In this document: piece by piece, positions 9,406 to 18,228 of the stretch
Layout: each line of letters opens with the position of its first letter
Position numbering within the stretch: position 1 is the first letter of the stretch
IMG/VR virus record: IMGVR_UViG_2548876954_000011
Source of the DNA: a virus
Taxonomy: Duplodnaviria > Heunggongvirae > Uroviricota > Caudoviricetes
DNA length: 37,865 nt
Direction: 5' to 3' (one strand)
Position numbers and translations under genes: made by a program
Notes under the pieces: model-generated
Database searches by the model: none
The model's input: only the letters and a program-made list of their open reading frames with translations
Told to the model about the DNA's origin: nothing

Positions 9406-9639
9406 ATGCGCATTGAAATAATGATCGATAAAGAGCAGAAGATTAGCCAGTCTACCCTGGACGCCCTTGAATACGAGCTTTACCGCAATCTGCGCCCCCT
9501 ATATCCAAAAACGGTAATTCGCATCCGCAAAGGTAGCTCTAACGGTGTGGAACTGACCGGACTGCAACTGGACGAAGAAAGGAAGCAAGTGATGAAAATT
9601 ATGCAGAAAGTGTGGGAAGACGACAGCTGGCTGCATTAA
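9406..9639 (+). CDS. DinI-family protein (186 Tum-like antirepressor candidate)
   Basis: 77 aa, MRIEIMIDKEQKISQSTLDALEYELYRNLRPLYPKTVIRIRKG…WEDDSWLH, resembling DinI (MRIEVTI…); sits downstream of a LexA box, as tum does in 186. Confidence 0.7.
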   Translation: MRIEIMIDKEQKISQSTLDALEYELYRNLRPLYPKTVIRIRKGSSNGVELTGLQLDEERKQVMKIMQKVWEDDSWLH

Positions 9640-9772
9640 GAAACGTTGCTGGCGTCTGAACTTGCTTCTGGCGTCAGCAAGGTTGAACAACGAGCTGTGC
9701 GAGGCGTTAGCTCTGTGGTGCATGTCTATACCGCATAAGATCGCATGATTGTTTGAGGATCGTTTTTGCTCA

Positions 9773-9798
9773 GGCCCGCCAGAACTGGCGGGCTTTTG
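9773..9798 (+). terminator. Rho-independent terminator (possibly bidirectional)
   Basis: Perfect 9-bp GC-rich stem GCCCGCCAG / CTGGCGGGC with a 2-nt loop, followed by TTTT; an A/T run also lies on the other side. Confidence 0.5.
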
Positions 9799-9842
9799 CG
9801 TAGATCATGCAGGTGCATGAAAACCACTACATAAAGCGGGCA

Positions 9843-9861
9843 GGCGTGGCGGGGATACGAG
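9843..9861. other. Putative cos (cohesive end) site
   Basis: GGCGTGGCGGGGATACGAG resembles my recollection of the 186/P2 19-nt cohesive ends (GGCGTGGCGGGGAAAGCAT / GGCGAGGCGGGGAAAGCAC), 13 of the first 13 nt matching 186; recalled, not verified. Confidence 0.3.
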
Positions 9862-9889
9862 CGCGCGCTGAAAAGGTTTAGCTAAATTT

Positions 9890-9919
9890 TTGTCGATAGG
9901 TAGTTTTAGTTGTTATACA
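9890..9919 (+). promoter_or_regulatory. Putative sigma70 promoter for the ATPase/protease cassette
   Basis: TTGTCG, 17-nt spacer, then TTATAC/TATACA, inside a very AT-rich T-tract region upstream of the ATG at 10053. Confidence 0.3.
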
Positions 9920-10052
9920 AAAGTGTCACTGGTTTTGTTTTGAGCATTTGTGGTGCTAAAAATATTTTTTTTGGTTCAAAATTACCTTAAAAAGGTTTTT
10001 TTGGTGTATGATTGTTTGAAAAGTGGTTCAGTTTTGCCATAAGGGTGGTTAG

Positions 10053-11135
10053 ATGATAAACGTTACAAACGAAATGCTCATTGATGTTGTCAGTGATGCT
10101 CTTACCGGGAAGAGGGAAAGTCTCCTCATGCGGTTGCGGATTATGGCAAAAAAACTAAAAAAAGAATCTCCTGAATTAGCGGGTAAATTAGAAGATTTAC
10201 TTATTAATACAGGTGGCGCAATTGCAGTCGAAAGGGCTAATCCAGTTGTTCCTAAAATAACACCTGTTGATGCGGATACAAGACAAAAGCTGCTAGTTGA
10301 AACATATCCTGTGGTCATTGATGTTGAACCTGTTTGGCCAACAAAAACTGATGTTCAACTGAATCGATTTGTGGCTGAGTGGGAAATGAAAGAACGCCTT
10401 TATAAAGAAGGGTTGCATCCGTCCAAATCTCTTCTTATGGGAGGACCACCCGGTGTGGGGAAGACTTTGGCTGCAAAGTGGCTCGCTTTTAAACTCGATA
10501 TGCCATTGTTAACATTAGATCTCGCAAGTGTAATGAGTAGCTACTTGGGGAAAACGGGTAATAATATTAAGGCAGTCCTCAATTATGCTTCGTCATTCCC
10601 TTGTGTACTGCTTCTTGACGAATTTGATGCGATTGCTAAAAAAAGGGATGATGCAACAGATGTTGGAGAACTAAAAAGATTAGTTACAGTATTATTGCAA
10701 GCAATTGATGAATGGCCAAATACGTCTGTTCTTATAGCAGCAACTAACCATGCGGAGCTGCTTGATCCTGCTGCATGGAGAAGATTCGATCGAGTTATTG
10801 ATTTTGAATATCCAACACAAGACCTAATGAGAAGATATCTCTGTTCTAAAAATATTGGAGATAGCTTATCGTACTATATTGCTACAAAACTCGAAAAAGT
10901 TTCATATGCAGTTCTTGAGAGAGCTATAAATCAAGCTAAAAGAAATGCCATTATAGAAGATATTCCTTTAAGTTCAGCTTTAATTGATGAGTTGTTAGAT
11001 GGCGTGTCACTTGATGATGTTATAAAAAACATGTCAAACAACAATGTATCACAAAGAAAAATCGCTTTAGATTTGGGGATTTCAAGGTCACAAGTACGTA
11101 AGGTTTTGACGGTTGAGGATGAAGACAATGAATGA
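10053..11135 (+). CDS. AAA+ ATPase (IetA-like), first gene of the cargo cassette
   Basis: 360 aa; Walker A GGPPGVGKT (around 10440-10466), Walker B LLLDEFD (around 10610-10630); C-terminal HTH-like segment SQRKIALDLGISRSQVRKVL; AT-rich; stop overlaps the protease start (ATGAATGA). Confidence 0.85.
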   Translation: MINVTNEMLIDVVSDALTGKRESLLMRLRIMAKKLKKESPELAGKLEDLLINTGGAIAVERANPVVPKITPVDADTRQKLLVETYPVVIDVEPVWPTKTDVQLNRFVAEWEMKERLYKEGLHPSKSLLMGGPPGVGKTLAAKWLAFKLDMPLLTLDLASVMSSYLGKTGNNIKAVLNYASSFPCVLLLDEFDAIAKKRDDATDVGELKRLVTVLLQAIDEWPNTSVLIAATNHAELLDPAAWRRFDRVIDFEYPTQDLMRRYLCSKNIGDSLSYYIATKLEKVSYAVLERAINQAKRNAIIEDIPLSSALIDELLDGVSLDDVIKNMSNNNVSQRKIALDLGISRSQVRKVLTVEDEDNE

Positions 11136-13320
11136 TAAAAATATGCTTCTTGGCTATGGTGAAACACTAACTAACCCTGTTAAACTTAACAGAGGTGGAG
11201 GTGAAAAGAATAAACCTTACTCTTATTCAGAAAATAAACCAGTGATATCTGCTCAACTGGAAGAGTTGATTGAGGAAATTAATACCCTTCCATTGTTAGC
11301 AATGCCTGAAGGTAAGGCTGTAGCAAAATTTGTTTTGCATCCGGCATTCTTAGCAAAAAGTTATTTTCCAGTAAGTCTTTTTGAGCGATTTTCCCTAGAA
11401 AGCATAGGCAGTAAGGCTGTAAAAGTAAAACCTAGAAAAGATATTAAAAAAAGAGGGCGAAAAGAGGAATACACTACAGCGTGTATTTATGTTTCTGGCA
11501 AAAAAGAAAGTTTTCAATCATTCTTAGACTCTGTAAATCAAGATACCCTAACGAAAGGGCAGCAAAATGATTTTGTCACCTTAGAAAATATTTCAATACT
11601 GGAAGTTTCAGATAAAGTAAAAACGATTAATAGCAATGAAGTTATGAGTATTGAGGTCGCCTTACATACTCCTGATACAAGTTCCTCTATTGTCGATAGT
11701 TTTGAAGTTTTTGCTTCGCAAAATGGTGCTGTTATAGATAAGGCAAGAAGTATAAAGGTTAAGGGGCTAACCTTTATGCCTATTAAGGCTAGTAAAGATG
11801 TAGCTTTAAAAGTTGCAGAGTTTTCATTTCTCAGGACTTTGAGAGAACTTCCTGAATTAAGGCTAAGTGAGCCTGTTATATCACGTTCTGTGATTCAAAC
11901 ATCTAACCTTAGTTTACCATCTGAAGGAGCGGTAAACCCACATATAAAGGTTGCCATATTCGATGGTGGATTGGGGATCGATGATTTCAATCCTTGGGTA
12001 ACAGAGTACACTTTCAACGGTAATGCTAGTACTAATGCAAAACTTCTTTCTCATGGACAAGATGTCACCTCTACTGTGTTATTTGGTGTTCTTGGCTCTG
12101 AAACGGAAAAATTAAGTGTTCCTTATTGTAATATTGACCATTATCGTGTACTGGATTCCAATGTTAATAACTCAGATGTCGATCTTTTTGACGTTCTGAT
12201 CCGTATTAAAAGTGTATTAGAACAAAAAAAATATGATTATATCAATCTGAGCTTAGGACCTAGATTACCTGTTGATGACGATGACGTGCATGTGTGGACC
12301 TCAACTCTTGAGGAGATACTTGCATCAGGAGAAACACTTTGTACTGTCGCGGTTGGAAATGATGGTCAGCTGCCTGCCAAGTTAAATCGAATTCAACCAC
12401 CTGCTGATTTAGTTAATGGTCTGTCAGTAGGTGCAGCAACCTCTTTATCTGATAGTTGGGAAAGATGTTCTTACAGTTGTATTGGTCCTGGACGAAGCCC
12501 TGGCTTTGTGAAGCCTGATGGAGTTGCATTTGGAGGACATTCTGATGAGCCATTCCAGGTATACAGCCCTATGGTTAATGGTCTTGCCCGCACTGCGGGG
12601 ACTAGCTTTTCAGCTCCATTAGTCCTGAGGCAAGCAATCGCGTTAAGTGCTTCTCTAAATTACAACATTACACCACTTACGGCTAAAGCTCTGCTTATAC
12701 ATCATGCGGAGAGCAATAATATCAATCGTGCTGAAGTTGGTTGGGGACGATTTCCTCATGATCTTAGTGAAGTAATATTTTGTGATGATGATGAAGTTAA
12801 AGTTATATATCAAGGTACTTTAAAACCATCACAACACATGCGAGCACCTATTCCGTTTCCAGATGTACCTATGCGTGGATGTGTAAATTTAAGAGCGACA
12901 TTCTGCTTTTCCAGTCCTGTAGATGCGGAACATCCTTTGAATTATACAAGAAGCGGTCTAGAAGTAACCATGAGAAAAGGTGTTTCAGATAGTTCCGGGT
13001 TAACGTTTCCTCTTTTTAATCTAAAAAATGTTTATGCAGATGAAAATGAGCAACGTGTTGATGCACATAAATGGGAGACTACGTTAAGAAGTGAACACAA
13101 ATTTAAACCGAATGAGCTGACAAACCCATGCTTTGATATTATCTACTATGGTAGAGACTGTGGTATGCCTATTGATGTTGACGAGTTAGAAGAACTACCA
13201 TATGTTCTTGTCGTGACTTTATCTGCTGAAGAAATGCCGGATTTATATAACCTAATTAGGCAGAAATATCAAACCTTACAGCCTATACAAGTTCAACAGC
13301 AAATTATGTTACGTACTTAA
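11128..13320 (+). CDS. Subtilisin-like serine protease (peptidase S8 family, IetS-like), probably cytoplasmic
   Basis: 730 aa from the ATG at 11128 (GAGGA about 9 nt upstream; in-frame alternatives at 11113 and 11119); S8 catalytic motifs in the right order: D in VAIFDGGLG (codon 11962-11964), H in LSHGQDV (12052-12054), oxyanion N in AVGNDGQ, S in AGTSFSAP (12604-12606); no N-terminal signal peptide evident. Confidence 0.85.
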   Translation: MNDKNMLLGYGETLTNPVKLNRGGGEKNKPYSYSENKPVISAQLEELIEEINTLPLLAMPEGKAVAKFVLHPAFLAKSYFPVSLFERFSLESIGSKAVKVKPRKDIKKRGRKEEYTTACIYVSGKKESFQSFLDSVNQDTLTKGQQNDFVTLENISILEVSDKVKTINSNEVMSIEVALHTPDTSSSIVDSFEVFASQNGAVIDKARSIKVKGLTFMPIKASKDVALKVAEFSFLRTLRELPELRLSEPVISRSVIQTSNLSLPSEGAVNPHIKVAIFDGGLGIDDFNPWVTEYTFNGNASTNAKLLSHGQDVTSTVLFGVLGSETEKLSVPYCNIDHYRVLDSNVNNSDVDLFDVLIRIKSVLEQKKYDYINLSLGPRLPVDDDDVHVWTSTLEEILASGETLCTVAVGNDGQLPAKLNRIQPPADLVNGLSVGAATSLSDSWERCSYSCIGPGRSPGFVKPDGVAFGGHSDEPFQVYSPMVNGLARTAGTSFSAPLVLRQAIALSASLNYNITPLTAKALLIHHAESNNINRAEVGWGRFPHDLSEVIFCDDDEVKVIYQGTLKPSQHMRAPIPFPDVPMRGCVNLRATFCFSSPVDAEHPLNYTRSGLEVTMRKGVSDSSGLTFPLFNLKNVYADENEQRVDAHKWETTLRSEHKFKPNELTNPCFDIIYYGRDCGMPIDVDELEELPYVLVVTLSAEEMPDLYNLIRQKYQTLQPIQVQQQIMLRT

Positions 13321-13326
13321 CAATGT

Positions 13327-13350
13327 GGAGGGGTTCCCCCTCCTTTATTA
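13327..13350 (+). terminator. Rho-independent terminator after the protease gene
   Basis: GGAGGGG-TTC-CCCCTCC hairpin (7-bp GC stem) followed by TTTATTAA; occupies most of the 38-bp gap before the convergent portal gene. Confidence 0.55.
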
Positions 13351-13358
13351 AGATTTAT

Positions 13359-14408
13359 CTATGTTGATTGTGGGTCATCGTTTATTAAGTTATATTTTTC
13401 AAAATGGATAATATTAATTCCTAACCATTCATTAAATTCCTGTAATCGTTTTTGTAAAGGCATTAATTCATTTCGAACAAACACTCGACTCGCCTTCTCC
13501 ACATCCCCAAACCCCCCAACATTATTCGGCATAATCCCCATCATTTGCGGCGGCACACGATGCGCTGCCATCATGTCATCGCGGCTGACATTTTTGATAT
13601 TCAGAAACTCATCCTTCGCCGCGACTTCTGACAACGGGATGATCTGAAGCCCGTCCTTTTTGCCGTTAGGCGAGTACATAAACAGGTTGCGGAAGTTGCC
13701 AGGGCCTTTGGCGCTTTTCATCGCATTGCGGAGGTTGTTCACATCCTCCTGGTTCTGCGCGGCATCGGTCATGTACATGATGAAGCCTGCATGACTGCCG
13801 TTAATGTAATACTTGCGGCGGAACAGCGTGGCGGACTCGTTGAGCAGGGCTGATGGAATGGCAGAAAGATAACCTGGCAGGCCGTAGATCTCCTGGTTGA
13901 TGTCCGGTTCCATCAGATGAAAAATGCTGCCTTTCGTGAACTGATACGGCTGGGTTGTCATACCGTATTGCACAAACCAGTAGGTATCCAAGTCTAACCC
14001 GCGTCGGGTGTATTTTGCCAGAGCAGGCTCAAGGGCGATAACTTCACCGAAGCGGTTCGTGCGTTTCTCCAGGTAGGCGTTACCAAATACCAGATAGTCC
14101 TGCACAAAACGTGAAAAAGCCTGCTGGCTGAGCAGCGGGTGAGGGATGTAGGTACTGGTCAGAATGTTGCATTTCACCGCAATTGGTGAACTGTGATGCA
14201 CGGCGGCGCGGAAGGTGCGCGCCAGTCCGTCAAAGCTTACTGGCGGCTCATACCAGCGATCTGTCTGTACGCATTCCACATAGTCCAGCAGTTCGCGGCG
14301 GTCCAGAACAGGAACGGGATCGCCGAAGCTGAATGCCTCTGCTGAAGTCTGGCTTTTATGCTGGGTCTGGTTCTGCGACGCAGCGCGGTTCTTCTTACTC
14401 TTTCCCAT
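13359..14408 (-). CDS. Q: Portal protein (P2 gpQ-like)
   Basis: About 349 aa; first gene of the leftward late operon, overlapping the terminase stop (TGATG); length and position match P2 Q. Confidence 0.85.
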   Translation of the reverse strand: MGKSKKNRAASQNQTQHKSQTSAEAFSFGDPVPVLDRRELLDYVECVQTDRWYEPPVSFDGLARTFRAAVHHSSPIAVKCNILTSTYIPHPLLSQQAFSRFVQDYLVFGNAYLEKRTNRFGEVIALEPALAKYTRRGLDLDTYWFVQYGMTTQPYQFTKGSIFHLMEPDINQEIYGLPGYLSAIPSALLNESATLFRRKYYINGSHAGFIMYMTDAAQNQEDVNNLRNAMKSAKGPGNFRNLFMYSPNGKKDGLQIIPLSEVAAKDEFLNIKNVSRDDMMAAHRVPPQMMGIMPNNVGGFGDVEKASRVFVRNELMPLQKRLQEFNEWLGINIIHFEKYNLINDDPQST

Positions 14409-16174
14409 CAAAAAATCTCCACAATATTGCTGGTATTGGCGGACTCGCCCTGCAGCGGTTCGTTAAACAGTGCGTGCATTGTTGCCCAGGCCAGATCGGC
14501 ATGGCTGGCTTCTTCGCTGCGGCTGGCTTCATAGGTCGGGCGGTTGCCGCTGGCGGTGGTGGCGCGACGGATTGCCATAAATGACTGCGCTATGTCGGTG
14601 TGTCCGGCGTCAAACTCCAGACGACGGTGACTGATAATGTCGTAGGCTTTGAGTACCAGGGCGTTTTTAACGTTGGGGTTGTAGACAAACTCCCGGACGG
14701 CAGGAAAGAACGCTTTCACGTTCTCGTAAACCCCGTGACCAACACCTGTCGAGTCGATGCCGATGTATGTCACGTTGTACTGTTCGGTCAGTTTTTTGAT
14801 GGCGTCAGCCTGGGCGCGGAAGTCCATCCCGCGCCACTGGTGACGCTCAAGAATGCGGAACTTACCGCCCGGCACGGCTGGCGGTGCCACCACCACGCAC
14901 CCGGCGCTGTCGCCGTTTTGCGTACCTTTTGCCGGGTCATAACCGATCCATACTTCGCGCCAGCCAAACGGGCGCAGGGCCAGTGCATGAAAGTCGGTCC
15001 AGACTTCCCAGCTGTCCACCATGCACGCCTGCAGCTCGCTGAGCGGGAACACGGACGCGAGATCGTCCACGAACTCGCACATCAGCAGGTTCTGGTATTC
15101 GTCCGGGCTGTACTCCATGCGCAACTGGTCAAGGTCGAACAGGTTACAGCCGCCGCGCACCGCATCTTCCACGGTGACTATCTGGCGGTATTGCCCGTCT
15201 GCGCACAGCAGGCCGGGGGCCAGATTGCTATGGGACAGGTCGATGTCCACCTTGTCGGCTTTGTTGCGTCCACGGTTGAACAGCGCACCGGACCAGAACG
15301 GATAAGCACTGTGGGTCAGGCTGGATGGCGTGGAAAAATAGGTTTGTCGCCATTTTTTGTGAATAGCCATACCGGAAGCCACTTTGCGCAGCTCCTGGAA
15401 TTTCGGTATCCAGAAATATTCATCCAGATACAGGTTGCCGTGGTAACTCTGGGCCGTGCGGGCATTGGTGCCGAGGAAGTAAAGCGTGGCCCCGTTGGGA
15501 AGCACCATCGGATCGCCTTTCAGCTCCACCTCCACTTCTTTGGCGAAGTCGATGATGTACTGTTTAAAGACGTGGGCCTGTGCCTTACTGGCGGAAAGGA
15601 AAATCTGGTTACGTCCGGTTAGCAGGGCGTCAATCAGGGCTTCACGGGCAAAATAGAAGGTCGCGCCGATCTGGCGTGACTTCAGCAGGTTGCGGATGCG
15701 GTTGGTTTTTCCGGCTTCCCACCAGTGGCGCTGGTAGTTGAACATGGAGGAATGGAAGATTTCTTCCAGCTTCTCAATCTGCTCATCGGTGAAGACATTT
15801 TTTTCCGGCTGACGGCGCGGGCCTTTGTTGCGGTTGGCGACGTTAGGGTTTAAGTCAGCTTCGTTGCCGCCATTGTTAAACTTGCCGATCCGCGCGTGGC
15901 GCTCAGACTGGCGCGCCAGCAGGTCAATCTCTTTGAAATCTTTCCCTTCTTTGTGCTCCTTCATAATGAGCTGGCAGTAGCGTGCGGCGGTGGTGAGCTG
16001 CATCTGATCCAGCGGCCCATAGTCACCCCACTTGTCGCGTTTTTTCCAGCTGTGAACGGTTGCAACTTTCTCGCCCAGCATTTCAGCAATGCGGGCGACG
16101 CGGTATCCCTGAAAGTACAGCAGCATGGCCTGCCGACGGGGATCGAGATCTGCGGGTGTCAGTGTGGTGTTCAT
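14408..16174 (-). CDS. P: Terminase large (ATPase) subunit (P2 gpP-like)
   Basis: 588 aa (P2 P is about 590 aa); N-terminal HTH-like region, ATPase and nuclease regions; divergent from the O gene. Confidence 0.9.
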   Translation of the reverse strand: MNTTLTPADLDPRRQAMLLYFQGYRVARIAEMLGEKVATVHSWKKRDKWGDYGPLDQMQLTTAARYCQLIMKEHKEGKDFKEIDLLARQSERHARIGKFNNGGNEADLNPNVANRNKGPRRQPEKNVFTDEQIEKLEEIFHSSMFNYQRHWWEAGKTNRIRNLLKSRQIGATFYFAREALIDALLTGRNQIFLSASKAQAHVFKQYIIDFAKEVEVELKGDPMVLPNGATLYFLGTNARTAQSYHGNLYLDEYFWIPKFQELRKVASGMAIHKKWRQTYFSTPSSLTHSAYPFWSGALFNRGRNKADKVDIDLSHSNLAPGLLCADGQYRQIVTVEDAVRGGCNLFDLDQLRMEYSPDEYQNLLMCEFVDDLASVFPLSELQACMVDSWEVWTDFHALALRPFGWREVWIGYDPAKGTQNGDSAGCVVVAPPAVPGGKFRILERHQWRGMDFRAQADAIKKLTEQYNVTYIGIDSTGVGHGVYENVKAFFPAVREFVYNPNVKNALVLKAYDIISHRRLEFDAGHTDIAQSFMAIRRATTASGNRPTYEASRSEEASHADLAWATMHALFNEPLQGESANTSNIVEIF

Positions 16175-16220
16175 GGCACAAACCTACAGCCTTGAATGAA
16201 GGCTTTCCCCGCCTGCGGTT

Positions 16221-16238
16221 TGTGTGGTTGTCGGTACA
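16221..16238. promoter_or_regulatory. Ogr-type late promoter activator site (TGT-N12-ACA) in the P/O divergent region
   Basis: TGTGTGGTTGTCGGTACA between the divergent P and O genes; P2 late promoters carry a TGT-N12-ACA dyad near -55. Confidence 0.45.
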
Positions 16239-16316
16239 AATACCGCGCATTGTTTCACTGCCCCCATCACCGCAACCATAAGGCTCCAGTAAGTTTTTTC
16301 TAACGGAGCACGGCTC

Positions 16317-17150
16317 ATGACAGTGAAAGCAAAGCGTTTTCGCATCGGGGTGGAAGGTGCCACCACCGATGGACGCGAAATCCAGCGTGAATGGCTGGAA
16401 CAGATGGCAGCCAGCTACAACCCGGCGGTGTATACCGCGCTGATTAACCTTGAGCACATCAAGTCTTATCTGCCGGACAGCACCTTTAACCGCTACGGCA
16501 AGGTGACGGCGCTGTTTGCTGAAGAAATCACGGAAGGTCCGCTGGCAGGCAAGATGGCGCTGTATGCCGACGTTGAGCCAACGGAGTCCCTGGTGGAACT
16601 GGTGAAAAAAGGCCAGAAATTATTCACCTCTATGGAAGTCAGCCCGAAGTTCGCTGATACGGGCAAAGCCTACCTGGTCGGCCTGGCTGCCACTGATGAC
16701 CCTGCCAGTCTGGGTACGGAAATGCTGACATTCAGCGCCAGTGCAGCCCATAACCCGCTGGCAAACCGCAAGCAGAATCCTGCCAATCTCTTTACCGCTG
16801 CAGAGGAAACGGTGATCGAACTGGAAGAAATCCAGGACGACAAACCGTCCCTGTTTGCCCGCGTCACGGCGCTGTTTACCAAAAAAGAGCAGTCCGATGA
16901 CGCCAGGTTCTCTGATGTGCATAAGGCCGTGGAGCTGGTCGCCACTGAGCAGCAGAACCTGAGCGCACACACCGAAAAATCCCTGTCTGAGCAGGAAGAA
17001 CGTCTGTCTGAGCTGGAGACTGCCCTGCAGGCACAGCAGACCGCCTTTAACGAACTGGTGGACAAGCTGAGTCATGAAGACAGCCGCCAGGACTACCGCC
17101 AGCGTGCAACAGGCGGTAACGCCCCCGCTGACACTCTGACCAATTGCTGA
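16317..17150 (+). CDS. O: Capsid scaffolding protein (P2 gpO-like)
   Basis: 277 aa; MTVKAKRFRIGVEGATTDGREIQREWLEQMAASYNP… N-terminus typical of the GPO family; precedes the major capsid gene. Confidence 0.85.
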   Translation: MTVKAKRFRIGVEGATTDGREIQREWLEQMAASYNPAVYTALINLEHIKSYLPDSTFNRYGKVTALFAEEITEGPLAGKMALYADVEPTESLVELVKKGQKLFTSMEVSPKFADTGKAYLVGLAATDDPASLGTEMLTFSASAAHNPLANRKQNPANLFTAAEETVIELEEIQDDKPSLFARVTALFTKKEQSDDARFSDVHKAVELVATEQQNLSAHTEKSLSEQEERLSELETALQAQQTAFNELVDKLSHEDSRQDYRQRATGGNAPADTLTNC

Positions 17151-17166
17151 TGGAGCACAAAACCCG

Positions 17167-18225
17167 ATGAAGAAGAATACCCGCTTTGCTTTTAACGCTT
17201 ACCTGCAGCAGCTGGCGCGTCTGAATGGTGTGGCAGTTGAAGAACTGTCCAGCAAATTCACTGTGGAGCCGTCTGTGCAGCAGACGCTGGAAGACCAGAT
17301 CCAGCAGTCCGCCGCTTTCCTGACGCTGATTAACGTCACGCCAGTGACTGAGCAGTCCGGTCAGCTGCTGGGGCTGGGTGTTGGCAGCACCATTGCCGGA
17401 ACCACTGACACCACCGCGAAAGAGCGTGAACCTGTCGATCCGACGCTGATGGTCGATGTGGAATATAAATGCGAGCAGACCAACTTTGACACGGTGCTGA
17501 CCTACGCGAAGCTGGACCTGTGGGCGAAGTTTCAGGATTTCCAGGTGCGTATCCGTGACGCCATCGTGAAACGTCAGGCACTGGACCGCATCATGATCGG
17601 CTTTAACGGCGTGAAGCGTGCGAAAACCTCCAACCGTAGTGAAAACCCGCTGCTGCAGGATGTAAACAAAGGCTGGCTGCAGAAAATCCGTGAGGATGCA
17701 CCGGATCACGTCATGGGCAGCACCACCACGGGCGGTGAAACCACACCGGGCGCGGTGAAAGTCGGTAAAGGTGGCGAATATGCCAACCTGGACGCCGTGG
17801 TGATGGATGCCGTTAATGAGCTTATCGACGTGGTCTACCAGGACGATGACGATCTGGTGGTGATTTGCGGCCGTGAACTGCTGTCTGACAAGTATTTCCC
17901 GCTGGTCAACAAAGAGCAGGAAAACAGTGAAAAACTCGCTGCCGATATGATCATCAGTCAGAAACGCATGGGTGGCCTGCAGGCGGTGCGTGCGCCGTTC
18001 TTCCCGCCGAATGCACTGCTGATCACCCGTCTGGATAACCTGTCCATCTACTGGCAGGAAGACACCCGCCGCCGTTCAGTTATCGACAACCCGAAACGTG
18101 ACCGGATTGAAAACTTTGAATCCGTTAATGAAGCCTATGTGGTTGAGGACTACCGCTGCGCCGCACTGGTGGAAAACATCCAGATTGGTGATTTCAGCGC
18201 CGCCGCAGCCGAAACCGGAGCGTAA
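17167..18225 (+). CDS. N: Major capsid protein (P2 gpN-like)
   Basis: 352 aa (P2 N is about 357 aa); position between O and M. Confidence 0.9.
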   Translation: MKKNTRFAFNAYLQQLARLNGVAVEELSSKFTVEPSVQQTLEDQIQQSAAFLTLINVTPVTEQSGQLLGLGVGSTIAGTTDTTAKEREPVDPTLMVDVEYKCEQTNFDTVLTYAKLDLWAKFQDFQVRIRDAIVKRQALDRIMIGFNGVKRAKTSNRSENPLLQDVNKGWLQKIREDAPDHVMGSTTTGGETTPGAVKVGKGGEYANLDAVVMDAVNELIDVVYQDDDDLVVICGRELLSDKYFPLVNKEQENSEKLAADMIISQKRMGGLQAVRAPFFPPNALLITRLDNLSIYWQEDTRRRSVIDNPKRDRIENFESVNEAYVVEDYRCAALVENIQIGDFSAAAAETGA

Positions 18226-18228
18226 TCC

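Noticed and set aside
9644-9680. Imperfect hairpin (TTGCTGGCGTC…GGCGTCAGCAA) after the DinI-like gene as a terminator
   Set aside because: Needs G-U pairs and a 13-nt loop and is not followed by a T-run; the perfect hairpin at 9773-9798 is a better terminator candidate.
10053-13320. Interpreting the ATPase and S8 protease as phage morphogenesis proteins (prohead protease and packaging ATPase)
   Set aside because: P2-type heads use the gpO scaffold, and the terminase (P/M) is present elsewhere; the cassette is outside the head operon, AT-rich, and has its own promoter and terminator; cargo or defence is more parsimonious.
14600-15622. 340-aa plus-strand ORF inside the terminase large-subunit gene (and similar long antisense ORFs at 31472-32581, 33573-34220, 17047-17709, 22642-23544, 7806-8528)
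   Set aside because: They lie entirely antisense to well-supported phage genes in GC-rich DNA, have Arg/Ala/Gly/Pro/Cys-rich low-complexity translations and no ribosome-binding sites; typical antisense artefacts.
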